Virus record (IMG/VR): IMGVR_UViG_3300017650_000009
DNA: 64,000 bases
Reading direction: 5' to 3' (one strand)
From: a virus
Taxonomy: Duplodnaviria; Heunggongvirae; Uroviricota; Caudoviricetes
This document shows, piece after piece, positions 17,269-27,046 of this stretch; the stretch's first letter is position 1; each line of letters opens with the position of its first letter. The position numbers and the translations under genes were made by a program. The notes under the pieces were generated by a model. It worked only from the letters and a program-made list of their open reading frames with translations. It made no database searches and had not been told where the DNA came from.

Positions 17269-17751
17269 ATGAACTTTTTGAAATCATTGAATCGTCGTCT
17301 TACGGAGGCTTTCCGTAAGGATGGGATCGGCGTAAATCATGAGACTGCAATCGTTGCAGTCGATAATGAAATTACCCTTCCAGTTGAGCAGGAAAAGAGC
17401 CACGATTACAGTGGTACAAAAATCAAAAATTCACGGCACGATGTTCCGGTTTTCGGCCGAAACTATGAGTTCCAGCTGACACGTGAAGTCCGCGTTGAAT
17501 TGACAGCAAAGAATGATCGGTTTTTGAGTTCCAGTACTCGCCGGCGCTGGTCTGGTTATCTTTGGCAGCGGAACGGTAATTTGGTTTCGTTCGATCCGGA
17601 ACGGATTGCCGATAAAATCCTCGATCGCGATCTAGTCCCATTGATTCAAGATTTTGTCGATGCTATCGTTACCATCGATGCGGAATGGCTCGAGCAGAAT
17701 AACCACAGTTTTGTGGATGAATCAGGAGTAACTTGGGCTCGTGTTGATTAA
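17269..17751 (+). CDS. hypothetical protein
   Basis: AAGGAG RBS. Confidence 0.75.
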   Translation: MNFLKSLNRRLTEAFRKDGIGVNHETAIVAVDNEITLPVEQEKSHDYSGTKIKNSRHDVPVFGRNYEFQLTREVRVELTAKNDRFLSSSTRRRWSGYLWQRNGNLVSFDPERIADKILDRDLVPLIQDFVDAIVTIDAEWLEQNNHSFVDESGVTWARVD

Positions 17752-17849
17752 TAACATAGCCTAACATTACGTCATACAATGTATGTGAATCCGCTTGCGC
17801 GTTCTTACTGTTGCACTACAATAGTTAAAAACACGCAAGGGGAAATATA

Positions 17850-18053
17850 ATGATTAGCGTAGTAAGCAGTCGTGGGATCACCATTGATCGCCATACAGCA
17901 ATTTTAATGATCATTGAGTTTAAACTGCTTATGGCCACAAATGTAAAGCTTGAAGAGCTTGCATTTGATGAACTCACCAATGGTGAGATACTTGATCAAA
18001 TGCATGAGACGCGCCAAATTTGGGCTGATACCATTACTGAAATTATTGGTTGA
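17850..18053 (+). CDS. hypothetical protein
   Basis: AGGGG RBS. Confidence 0.65.
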   Translation: MISVVSSRGITIDRHTAILMIIEFKLLMATNVKLEELAFDELTNGEILDQMHETRQIWADTITEIIG

Positions 18054-18123
18054 CACCCTGATTCCTCTACTGTAAAACGTGTTGTGTTACCTAAAACAGG
18101 TTTTAACAGAAAGAGGAATATAC

Positions 18124-18645
18124 ATGAAAATTAAGACCCTTCTCGTAGCGGCTGCATTTGCACTCGCTGGTGTTTCCGCTGCTGCTGCGGCTGATCCAGT
18201 TGCACTTCCTGGCGTTGAAATCGGCGTTGTCGATCTCCCAAATTACGTTGGTGTGAACGTCGGCCAGCGTACGGGCGATGATCGCCATACCAGCGTTGGT
18301 GTAGTTGCCGGTCGTCAGTTGACCAAGAATATCACGGTTGAAGGCCAGTATGAACATGGCTTCGCTCGCAAGGGTAAGGACTCCATGCGTGATCGCGTAA
18401 GCGGTAACGTTCTCGTGGGTCAGCGCATTGGCGCCGTTACTCCTTATTTGCTAGGCGGTGTCGGCTATGAATGGCGCGATGGCGACCAGGCTGATCGTGC
18501 TGTTTACGCCGTTGGTGGTGGTGCAAAGCTCCATGTTACCGAGCGTGTTGATCTTGACGGTCGCTATCGTTACATCGATGGCTTTGATTCAGGCAAGCGT
18601 GGTGCTGAACATGTTTTCACCGTAGGTGCAAACTTTAAGTTCTAA
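18124..18645 (+). CDS. outer-membrane beta-barrel protein (OmpA-TM/Omp25-like)
   Basis: Signal peptide, amphipathic strands, PYLLGGVGY, YRY, C-terminal Phe. Confidence 0.8.
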   Translation: MKIKTLLVAAAFALAGVSAAAAADPVALPGVEIGVVDLPNYVGVNVGQRTGDDRHTSVGVVAGRQLTKNITVEGQYEHGFARKGKDSMRDRVSGNVLVGQRIGAVTPYLLGGVGYEWRDGDQADRAVYAVGGGAKLHVTERVDLDGRYRYIDGFDSGKRGAEHVFTVGANFKF

Positions 18646-18684
18646 CCAAAAGGGGGAGTTTCCTCCCCCAGATCGAAAGACAAA

Positions 18685-18864
18685 ATGTCCAACATTACCG
18701 ATCAAGAACGTCTTGTTGTTATGAAACTTGCTGATGTATGGGATGAATTTCTAGCTCTTCCAGTCGAGCACCAAGATGATATCAACGAGTTTCGTACAGC
18801 GATACATGCGGCACAGAAGACAGTTCTTGCACGTTCAGGTCGAAGGGAGTTAAATTCAAAATGA
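18685..18864 (+). CDS. small hypothetical protein (59 aa)
   Basis: MSNITDQERL...; ATGA-coupled to next gene. Confidence 0.6.
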   Translation: MSNITDQERLVVMKLADVWDEFLALPVEHQDDINEFRTAIHAAQKTVLARSGRRELNSK

Positions 18865-19100
18865 TTGAAATTCCAGCAGGAGGTTTCCCGCCCCTAGTTG
18901 AACAGATTCGTGCAGATGGTGATTTGCTTCAGACGTTGCGTTTCCGTAAACGTTGCAAGGATACAAGTCAAGAGGGCATGATTATCGGCTCTTTTGGGCA
19001 GATGTATCCGGTTGATGCAAATGGCAAATATAAAGACCAAGTGCATCCGTTGGAGCTACATGTGGCGGAGATTGTTGAGCTAGTTCAGCAACTCGACTGA
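18861..19100 (+). CDS. hypothetical protein
   Basis: GGGAG RBS. Confidence 0.65.
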   Translation: MIEIPAGGFPPLVEQIRADGDLLQTLRFRKRCKDTSQEGMIIGSFGQMYPVDANGKYKDQVHPLELHVAEIVELVQQLD

Positions 19101-19193
19101 CATCCGTTTCCGTTATCTAACCGAAATAAAATAAATAAATCAAGCGGTTAATGGTTCTCCGTTAGCCGTTTTTTCTATTTGTGGAGTGAGCTA

Positions 19194-20327
19194 ATGGTTA
19201 CACAACGTATCTTGGACTATCTTGCCACCTACGCCGAGGATGGCCCCGTTTTGGTTGTTGATCTTGAACTGGTCGAGCAGAACATGCTGGAGTTTAAGAA
19301 ATCGCTCCCAAGTAGTAAAATATTTTATGCTGTTAAAGCTAACCCAACGCCAGAGGTTCTAAGCTTACTTGCGAGTATGGGTTCCAATTTTGATTGCGCA
19401 AGTGTTCCAGAAATTCGTATGGCTCTTACTGCGGGAGCCAATCCGGATCAGATTTCCTATGGTAATACCATAAAGAAGCAAAAGGATATCAAGACGGCAT
19501 ATGATTTGGGTGTACGCTTGTTTGCTGTTGATTCAGTTGAAGAAGTTTACAAGTTATCAGTTGCTGCACCTGGTTCTAATATATTCTGCAGAATTCTCAC
19601 AGACGGTGAAGGTGCCGAATGGCCATTGTCTCGTAAATTCGGATGCACGGGCTCAATGGCACTTACCGTCATTCGCGAAGCAAAACGTATGGGCTTGAAT
19701 CCAATTGGATTATCCTTTCATGTTGGTTCACAGATGACACGCTTGGGTGCGTGGGACCAAGCTGTTGGTGAATGCAAGGAACTATTTGATATCCTCGCAC
19801 ACGAAGAAATCAATTTGACTCTCTTGAATCTCGGTGGTGGTTTCCCAACTCGCTACACTAGAGAAATCCCCAATACCGAAGAATATGGTCTTGCTATTCA
19901 AGCCGCACTTGTGAAGTATTTTGGAAATAATATTCCAGAAACTATCATTGAGCCAGGTCGTGGTATGGTTGGTAATGCCGGTGTTATACAATCGGAAGTT
20001 GTTTTGGTTTCACAAAAGGATGCCGACGAGGAATATCGTTGGGTGTATTTGGATATTGGAAAATTCAGCGGATTAGCAGAAACCGCTGATGAATCAATAC
20101 GTTATCCTATTCGTACTGAACGCGATCACGACGAGTTGGGCCCATGTGTACTAGCTGGCCCGACTTGTGATTCAGCCGATGTGATGTATGAGAAACAAAA
20201 ATACATGCTTCCGCTTTCACTTTGTGTGGGTGATAAGATTCTTATCGAATCAACAGGTGTTTACACAAGCACATATTCGGCCGTAGCATTTAATGGGTTT
20301 GCTCCATTGCGAACTATAGTCATTTGA
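19194..20327 (+). CDS. odc: ornithine/lysine decarboxylase (PLP fold III)
   Basis: YAVKAN (PLP Lys), KFG, FHVGSQ, LGGGF, EPGR, GPTCDSAD. Confidence 0.92.
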   Translation: MVTQRILDYLATYAEDGPVLVVDLELVEQNMLEFKKSLPSSKIFYAVKANPTPEVLSLLASMGSNFDCASVPEIRMALTAGANPDQISYGNTIKKQKDIKTAYDLGVRLFAVDSVEEVYKLSVAAPGSNIFCRILTDGEGAEWPLSRKFGCTGSMALTVIREAKRMGLNPIGLSFHVGSQMTRLGAWDQAVGECKELFDILAHEEINLTLLNLGGGFPTRYTREIPNTEEYGLAIQAALVKYFGNNIPETIIEPGRGMVGNAGVIQSEVVLVSQKDADEEYRWVYLDIGKFSGLAETADESIRYPIRTERDHDELGPCVLAGPTCDSADVMYEKQKYMLPLSLCVGDKILIESTGVYTSTYSAVAFNGFAPLRTIVI

Positions 20328-20375
20328 CTTGACAACAAACCAGTCTCCTTTTATATTTGTGTAAAGGAGACTGGT

Positions 20376-20783
20376 ATGAAAATTGGTTTTAGTTTTGGTC
20401 GCTGTATTAGCGACATCAATACGGGCAAAATTGCACTCGAGGATGTGCTCGTAATTATTGCTCGCACTCGGATTGAATCACGCGAGCATATTCAGGGCGT
20501 AGTCGATTATTACGCCAACAGCTCGTATATCGGCGGTTCTTATGAAACTGCTTTGGAAATCGCATACAAGCTTTGGGATACCGGTCGTATTCATCAGCCG
20601 CGATTGTTCAATCATCAGCCCACACAAATTGGTCATTCCATAAACGATGCTTGGATGGATTTGGTTCCAACAAACATCAGCGATGATGAAAATGTGGCTG
20701 CGGCCTGGCGTAATTATCAGATCATGTTACGCATGGGTGCCGATGAGAAGCCAACGATCCCATCACATTTGAAGGGGTATTAA
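20376..20783 (+). CDS. hypothetical phage protein
   Basis: Own promoter, AAAGGAG RBS. Confidence 0.8.
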   Translation: MKIGFSFGRCISDINTGKIALEDVLVIIARTRIESREHIQGVVDYYANSSYIGGSYETALEIAYKLWDTGRIHQPRLFNHQPTQIGHSINDAWMDLVPTNISDDENVAAAWRNYQIMLRMGADEKPTIPSHLKGY

Positions 20784-20784
20784 T

Positions 20785-21159
20785 ATGGCACCTCCGGATT
20801 ATAAACCAGATCCGGATCATCTAACTACGGAAAAAACCATCAACCAATCGTTACTCCACTATTTCATGTATGGTTTGGAACCGGGTAGTTTCTGTCATGC
20901 TTTGATTCTAGGTGATTTCCACCTAGCGTATCAGCGTGCGCATGTTCATCTGAAGATCCATGAGGATCGCAATAAAGGTTCCTATCCGATCACCGATTTA
21001 CTTTATTTGGTATCTCATTTACCAGAGGAATGTCACGGCAGTAATGAGAAATATTTGGCGTGGATCAACCATGGTGGGTTAGATGGTGCCGATAATCGAA
21101 TTAAGGTAAAAATCAAATTAGCCTGGAACGAATCTGTTTTAGGTAAATGCCCGATTTAA
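20785..21159 (+). CDS. hypothetical protein
   Basis: ORF. Confidence 0.7.
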   Translation: MAPPDYKPDPDHLTTEKTINQSLLHYFMYGLEPGSFCHALILGDFHLAYQRAHVHLKIHEDRNKGSYPITDLLYLVSHLPEECHGSNEKYLAWINHGGLDGADNRIKVKIKLAWNESVLGKCPI

Positions 21160-21168
21160 GGAGAATAA

Positions 21169-21555
21169 ATGAATAATCCAAATCCGATAGCCGTTGGAGT
21201 TATTGAATTACTTGCTTTAGCTCAATTGATTCTACTGAGCGTTGGGGCGCTTGCTGCGCTTGATGTAATTGTGTTTACTGGCGATGGTTTCCCCAGGCTA
21301 ATTCATATTTTTGCTTGGGTTTATGTATTGCTGATCAACGGGTTGTTTTTTATTGCAGGCATAGCTGCATTGGGACTCAACCAGTTGGACAACTTCAAGA
21401 AAATCGTAGGCATTGATTCAAAGTTCTATATGACTCTTACTTTGAATTTTGTGCTTATCTACGCAAATGGCTTTCTAACTCTTGCGATGTTATTCCTATT
21501 CATGTATGGAACACTTATCTTTCTTCGCCTAACGAGGGTTCCTAATGATAACTGA
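21169..21555 (+). CDS. membrane protein (3-4 TM)
   Basis: Hydrophobic segments. Confidence 0.7.
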   Translation: MNNPNPIAVGVIELLALAQLILLSVGALAALDVIVFTGDGFPRLIHIFAWVYVLLINGLFFIAGIAALGLNQLDNFKKIVGIDSKFYMTLTLNFVLIYANGFLTLAMLFLFMYGTLIFLRLTRVPNDN

Positions 21556-22147
21556 TGAACAGATCAGAGCAAAAGAAAAACAATTGCGCATTTCGGCAGA
21601 ACGGCGTGGGTATAAACTCACGCTGTCTCACGAAAACATTCGTCGCCTTCTTGAGGAAACAAAGTGCCAATACACTGGTGTTGAATTTGATTCCGATAAT
21701 ATTCGTTCGTTTGAACGGGTCGATAATACCCTGGGCTATGAGCCGGGTAATGTTATCCCAGTAACTGTGCGTGTTAACAAGATCAAAAGTAATTTAGGCG
21801 CAAAAGAACTACCTAAGGTGATCGAAAGTTGGAATCAACGTTACGCCAAGTCGAAACAAAGCTTTGATCAAATCCATCGCAATATTGCGGAAAAAGTCCG
21901 CAAACGTGAGATTCAACTCAAGGAACTCGAAGCACTCCTGGTTCGCGATAAGCTTGCACTAGAGCAAGCATTGGCTGATAAAACAAAACATGAGCAAGCC
22001 AGAGCAGAATTGGATTCCGACATTGAACTTGTGCATCATATAGTCGCTTGTTTGGAACGCGGAGATAAGCTTGGTCACAAATATATGACTACCTGGCAAC
22101 GCTTCACACACTTCAAAAAGACAGTTCTTACACGAATATTCGGTTAA
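21545..22147 (+). CDS. T4 Srd-like protein (HNH-like N-terminus plus coiled coil)
   Basis: CQYTGVEF...SFERVDNTLGYEPGNVIPV...N..K; Srd similarity from memory. Confidence 0.5.
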   Translation: MITDEQIRAKEKQLRISAERRGYKLTLSHENIRRLLEETKCQYTGVEFDSDNIRSFERVDNTLGYEPGNVIPVTVRVNKIKSNLGAKELPKVIESWNQRYAKSKQSFDQIHRNIAEKVRKREIQLKELEALLVRDKLALEQALADKTKHEQARAELDSDIELVHHIVACLERGDKLGHKYMTTWQRFTHFKKTVLTRIFG

Positions 22148-22242
22148 CTCCTTGTTAACTATATAGGAAATCGGACGTAATAAATTGTAGTTACAACCGT
22201 AGTTTGTGCTCGCTTATTCAGTTGTAAACTGCTATATAAATC

Positions 22243-22410
22243 ATGTGAGCAGAGCAGTTTGCACATGTAACCCAAATCCGTGTGCAAGCGTGGGAGTAAC
22301 CTCACATAAGCGAATCCAGGCAATTCTGCCCCTGCCGGGAGGAGTAGTGGGAAGAAAGCACAACTGCATGATGTGATCCAAAAGCGGTGCTTCGGTGCCG
22401 CTTTTGTCTT
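22243..22410 (+). ncRNA. candidate ncRNA
   Basis: Non-coding; ATGTGAG/CTCACAT and GTTTGCACATG/CGTGTGCAAGC stems; terminator AAAAGCGGTGC-TTCG-GTGCCGCTTTT. Confidence 0.45.
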
Positions 22411-22453
22411 TTCCGCTCTTGACCTTCTGGAAAACCCCTCTTATATATGAGTT

Positions 22454-22693
22454 ATGGATTATATTTTGGGAATACTCATCCTTACATTATTTGTTGGTTG
22501 GCCGTACTTGATGATACGGTACAAACTTCCATATGCTTGGTCTATGGTGGTAATAACAACCATTGCCAGTATTATGTTTCTACTAGCGCATGTTGTAGTG
22601 TGCGCGGTGATGTTCCTGATATGCCCGTTTACGGGTAGAGTTCCAAATTGGAAACTCGAGAAAATAAACCAAAAAGAAGAAACTAACAGTTGA
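22454..22693 (+). CDS. small membrane protein
   Basis: Hydrophobic. Confidence 0.6.
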   Translation: MDYILGILILTLFVGWPYLMIRYKLPYAWSMVVITTIASIMFLLAHVVVCAVMFLICPFTGRVPNWKLEKINQKEETNS

Positions 22694-22749
22694 CACTTAG
22701 GTAAGCGGCTTTATAAGCCATAAGCATAACACAATAGAAAGAGGTCGAA

Positions 22750-23361
22750 ATGCAAATTACTTCCAGTCTGGTCCCTATGGTCGTTGAACAGACCAACCGC
22801 GGCGAACGTTCATATGATATTTTCTCTCGCTTGCTGAAGGAACGCATTGTGTTCTTGAACTCGCAGGTCGAAGACGGCATGGCCAATCTTATCGTCGCCC
22901 AGCTGCTTTTCCTCGAAGCCGAAGATGCTGGCAAGCCAATCAACCTCTACATCAACAGCCCAGGCGGCGTTGTTACTGCTGGTATGTCCATCTACGATAC
23001 TATGCAGTATATCACTTCTCCGGTTCATACGCTGGTTCTCGGTCAGGCTTGCTCGATGGGTTCGTTCTTGGCCAACGCCGGTGAGCCTGGCCATCGCTAC
23101 ATGCTTCCAAGTGCACGTCACATGATTCATCAGCCATCGGGCGGTTCGCGTGGCCAGGCAACTGACATGGAAATCCAGCTCAGAGAAATCATGAAGATGA
23201 AGGAATACCTGACGAAGTGCTATGTCAAGCACAACTCGAAGGGCAAGACTTACGAGCAGATGCTGGCCGATATGGAACGCGACTACTTCATGAGCGCGGA
23301 AGAATCTCTCGAATATGGTCTTGTCGATAAGATTGTGACCAGCGCAAACGAAGCTAAGTAA
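22750..23361 (+). CDS. clpP: ATP-dependent Clp protease proteolytic subunit
   Basis: [29 protein letters not shown] (Ser), MIHQP (His), [10 protein letters not shown] (Asp). Confidence 0.97.
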   Translation: MQITSSLVPMVVEQTNRGERSYDIFSRLLKERIVFLNSQVEDGMANLIVAQLLFLEAEDAGKPINLYINSPGGVVTAGMSIYDTMQYITSPVHTLVLGQACSMGSFLANAGEPGHRYMLPSARHMIHQPSGGSRGQATDMEIQLREIMKMKEYLTKCYVKHNSKGKTYEQMLADMERDYFMSAEESLEYGLVDKIVTSANEAK

Positions 23362-23409
23362 TTTGCACAAAGGAAGCGCCTTCGGGCGCTTCCTTTATGA
23401 GTGAAAACC

Positions 23410-23712
23410 ATGGCTAGTAAACCTTGTCCTCGTAACCCATCTGAATTGAAGGCACATCAAGATTTCTTAGGATGGCACGACCGAAACGAAATTCGCGAAC
23501 AAGTATTTGAGCGTGACTTGCCACTTTGTGTGTGGTGTCATTGCAAGTTGACCCATGATCATCGTGAGGAAAATTTCTTCACTGTTGATCACGTGGTTAC
23601 ACGTTCAGCCGGTGGAACATATGTAGCGGAAAATCTTGTTCTCGCTTGTAAGCTTTGCAATAATAAGCGACAGAACAAAACCATTCTTCAGTTTCTTGCG
23701 GAGGAAGTATGA
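23410..23712 (+). CDS. HNH endonuclease
   Basis: CVWC...TVDHV...GG...NLVLACKLCNNKR. Confidence 0.85.
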   Translation: MASKPCPRNPSELKAHQDFLGWHDRNEIREQVFERDLPLCVWCHCKLTHDHREENFFTVDHVVTRSAGGTYVAENLVLACKLCNNKRQNKTILQFLAEEV

Positions 23713-23963
23713 ATAAAGAAAAGTTCACATGGGGACAAAATTGGATTGTTTCCATCATCAGGCGAATTTTTCTACTTACGTCGTTCTATTTGGTTCTAAC
23801 ACTGTTTATTGATGGTTCCATATTTGGTGGGATATATCCAATCGTCGTTGTGGGTATTGCTGTTGTTAGTATCGCAATTCTTTGCAAGCTTATTTTCCAT
23901 TTCGTGAGCGGACGTAAGAAGACAAAAGCACGTAGGGATTATGAAAAATTTCGGATTCTCTAA
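23709..23963 (+). CDS. small membrane protein
   Basis: Two TM segments. Confidence 0.65.
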   Translation: MNKEKFTWGQNWIVSIIRRIFLLTSFYLVLTLFIDGSIFGGIYPIVVVGIAVVSIAILCKLIFHFVSGRKKTKARRDYEKFRIL

Positions 23964-24035
23964 TAAGTCAAAAAAAGTTCAAAAGATTTAAAATAAAAGG
24001 TTGCATAATAAAAAGGTCTAGCGTATAACAAGAAC

Positions 24036-24970
24036 ATGATGCAGCGCAAACGTGTTGCACAAGAGTTAAATAACTCCCACAGCAATGTAGGCTAAGTTGG
24101 ACACTAGTCCAAAGTTATAGAGTTTGGCCGCTTAGGGCCATTAATGGGATAAGGCAAGTGATTGCCCCAAAGCTAGGTTTCCCATAAACTAGCGTCAGAA
24201 ATGATCCTACTAAGCAAGCACGAATCTCCGGCGAACGGTGTGTCCCCTTAGGGGTGGCACTAAGCGGGAAGGTAAGGTGTAGAGTTCCCCGAAAGGGAAT
24301 AATGTCAGAGCCATTCGGTGAGACAAAAAGGCCGCAAGCCAGCTCGCACATGCAAACTTACTGACCGCCGATGATTAACGTGTAGGGAAATAAGTCCAAT
24401 ACTTAGCGGTAAAGGGCGGTTCCCAATACAAGAGGAATGGTCTGCAATGGTCATTGCTCGAAGGATGTCTAAGTAACTCGCAAGGTGAAAGGAAATATTG
24501 GCGTGGTGCATTCGGTTTGATGAAAGTCAAATTGAACATCAGGAACAGCACGTCAAGGTGGGTTTGCGATAGCATAGTGGTTATGCAACGGCCTTCTAAG
24601 CCGTCGAACGTAGGTTCAAATCCTACTCGACAAAAACAAAACGCAAAGACTGTTCCGGTAATGTGTGAAAGATGCTTAATGCTCCAGGAGCAATCCAATG
24701 GAGTCACGTGGAAGCCTGCAAGCCGAAACGTGTTTATAGAGGAAGGTTCATAACAGTTTAGCGACTGTGAGCGGCATGCGAGTGTCGGTGGGCTAGAAAC
24801 TGTAGAATAGCACATTATGTCGCGTCTAACGCCTGACGCTAAAAACGGCAGCATTGGTGAATACATGTTGAGGGTTTACTCCAGCATGTGGAAAAAGACA
24901 GAACTGTCCGGGTAGCACTGGAACAGATAATGGTCGAAGGTCACTACAAGAAGCTGTATTCTCAGGCTTT
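24036..24970 (+). ncRNA. large structured ncRNA, GOLLD-like
   Basis: ~930 nt with no credible ORF, many short hairpins with GNRA-type loops, embedded tRNA, TTGCAT(24001)-17-TATAAC promoter, terminator 24973-24996. Confidence 0.6.
24563..24634 (+). tRNA. tRNA-Arg(TCT)-like domain embedded in the large ncRNA
   Basis: GCAT/ATGC D stem, ACGGC-CTTCTAA-GCCGT, GTAGG-TTCAAAT-CCTAC; bulged acceptor, no CCA. Confidence 0.7.
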
Positions 24971-24972
24971 AC

Positions 24973-24996
24973 AAAAGCTCCCAATGGGAGCTTTTT
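24973..24996 (+). terminator. Rho-independent terminator
   Basis: AAAAGCTCCC-aat-GGGAGCTTTTT. Confidence 0.8.
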
Positions 24997-25044
24997 CCAT
25001 ATCAAAAATTGACTTAATTGGGCTCGATCCTGTAGAATCGAGTT

Positions 25045-25500
25045 ATGACAAATCAATCTTCTTTTTCTCCTATCCTAATTTCCACGATACGTAAGACATC
25101 GCCCTTGTTGATCGCCAACTCAATTCTTGGAGTTCAACCAATGACTGGGCCAACGGGTAGTATTTTCACATTACGTTCGAGATACAATTTGGTTCCATCT
25201 GAATATTTTGGAACCTATGTCTTTAGTGATGATGCACGATTTAAGCCACATTGGCTTGTATTGCAAGAGCAAATGTTTCAATGTGATGTCACTCCGATGA
25301 ATCGTCTTTCCGTTGTGTGGCTAAAATACGTAATGCCGAAGCTCGAAGAAATGTTTGGTTCTGCTGGCCCGAGTAATGATTATAAATGGAATACTCGCGT
25401 AAGTGATGAAATTACATTGATGTTTAGATCCAAATCAGACCTAACTTATTTCATGCTTTGGTTTAAAGGCCAGAATAGCGATACGATCCAAGATGGATAG
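25045..25500 (+). CDS. capsid gp23 (Gol-region) fragment fused to an FKL-family domain
   Basis: N-terminal PILISTIRKTSPLLIANSILGVQPMTGPTGSIFTLRSRY; C-terminal MFRSKSDLTYFMLWF. Confidence 0.75.
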   Translation: MTNQSSFSPILISTIRKTSPLLIANSILGVQPMTGPTGSIFTLRSRYNLVPSEYFGTYVFSDDARFKPHWLVLQEQMFQCDVTPMNRLSVVWLKYVMPKLEEMFGSAGPSNDYKWNTRVSDEITLMFRSKSDLTYFMLWFKGQNSDTIQDG

Positions 25501-25560
25501 TGGTTGACACTTTTATTTCCTATGTTAGAACAGGTTATCGAAACAACAAAGGAGATACTA

Positions 25561-26160
25561 ATGTCGATTAAGAGTCTTATTTGTGCGGCTGCTATTGCGT
25601 TTGCTGCCATTCCAAGCATTGCTCAAGCTGCGCCAACTGCTTTCGGTATTTCGCCGACGACTGATGTCAGTTCAATCGGCTGCAAGCAGATCGAGGGTAC
25701 CACATATGCATGTGAAGTACCAACACCAAATAAAGCATTTCGAACCTACGAAGTGACCGTGTCGAATGATGCTCGGCAATCCGTATGCAAGGTTTCCGCA
25801 TATACGTCGGTGAAGGACTATGATTATTCCGCACTAAAAAGCGAAGCTATATTCAACGTGCTTCGCGGCAAACTCTCTCAGATTTATTCCGATGATTTCA
25901 AATCTGGCCGTGTGCCGGCCGATGATCGCGAACGTGCAATAGTTGGTGATATCAATACAGTTGATGCACTACGAACTGGTTTCTACGAGATTCAGGCTTC
26001 TTGGTCAGGTTCAATCGGAAACGAAAAGCTTCCAAAAGGCGCATCAATCGTTCTTGCTGTGAAAGCACCATCGAGTTCACAGACATATGTGTCACTGGAG
26101 TATTACTTCGGTGGGGTTGGTTGCTTCGATCAAGCCAGCGAAGGCACGGAAGGACTCTAA
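25561..26160 (+). CDS. secreted hypothetical protein
   Basis: Signal peptide ending AQA; AAGGAG RBS. Confidence 0.75.
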   Translation: MSIKSLICAAAIAFAAIPSIAQAAPTAFGISPTTDVSSIGCKQIEGTTYACEVPTPNKAFRTYEVTVSNDARQSVCKVSAYTSVKDYDYSALKSEAIFNVLRGKLSQIYSDDFKSGRVPADDRERAIVGDINTVDALRTGFYEIQASWSGSIGNEKLPKGASIVLAVKAPSSSQTYVSLEYYFGGVGCFDQASEGTEGL

Positions 26161-26257
26161 CATATGAATGGATGGCTCCTACGGGAGCCATTTCCATGGT
26201 TGACTTCCATTGTGTTTCTGTTATGTTAGGGTAATAGATCGAACATAGGAGAGACAA

Positions 26258-26611
26258 ATGGAAGAGCGTAAGGTTTGGGTTGTAACGACAAACACCGATT
26301 GCACCGAGGGTCGCGGCACAGAATATGTCAAGGCGGTGTGTGAGCTCGAAGCCACTGCTCGTCGCCTAGCAAAAGGCGGATATATTCAGGGCACCGATTG
26401 CCCAATCACTACGAAAACTATGCTCTTTCATGAGGGCGAATGGTACGCTCCGGCAGTTCTCACTCGGCCAACAGCCGATGACGAAAAAGAAGAAATCAAA
26501 CTAAAAGCAAGACGTGAACTTCAAAAAGAACGACAGGCTATCATCCAGAAAGCTCGTGATCTTGGACTCACCGATGGTGAACTCACCATTCTATTGAAGA
26601 TGGAAAATTAA
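26258..26611 (+). CDS. hypothetical phage protein
   Basis: AGGAG RBS; TNTDCTEGRG motif. Confidence 0.75.
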   Translation: MEERKVWVVTTNTDCTEGRGTEYVKAVCELEATARRLAKGGYIQGTDCPITTKTMLFHEGEWYAPAVLTRPTADDEKEEIKLKARRELQKERQAIIQKARDLGLTDGELTILLKMEN

Positions 26612-26622
26612 CGGGGGTATCC

Positions 26623-26886
26623 ATGGCCAAACCTTTTCCACCAGAATGGCTTGAAAAGACAAAGCGTTTGAATACTGGAAAGAAAATCAAACGCGGCAAT
26701 GTCGTTATCGATTCTTACGGAAACAAAGGTGTTGTTGTCGAAGTTCGTATTCCGGACCGCCCTTCTGTTGTGAATCATGGAACCATAACTGTGTGGCAAT
26801 CCGAACGAACAAGTTATGGCTTGGATAACTGCGAGCATTATTGCTGGTTCGGCTGGACGGATAAAATCCGCATTCTGGAGGATTAA
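26623..26886 (+). CDS. hypothetical protein
   Basis: GGGGG RBS. Confidence 0.7.
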   Translation: MAKPFPPEWLEKTKRLNTGKKIKRGNVVIDSYGNKGVVVEVRIPDRPSVVNHGTITVWQSERTSYGLDNCEHYCWFGWTDKIRILED

Positions 26887-27046
26887 TGAATATTTGGGTT
26901 GCAACAGCGATTCTAATCGCAATGATTATCTTCACTTGGTTCCTCATACGTTCGGTACAAAATAACCTGACGATGATTTGGTTTACCACATTTATGAGTG
27001 TCGGTTGCATTCTCGGCTTTTATTTCTTATTTCGTGATGTTGTCCA

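Noticed and set aside
24115-25094. Short ORFs on both strands within the large ncRNA
   Set aside because: No RBS, atypical composition, and they overlap the tRNA and hairpins
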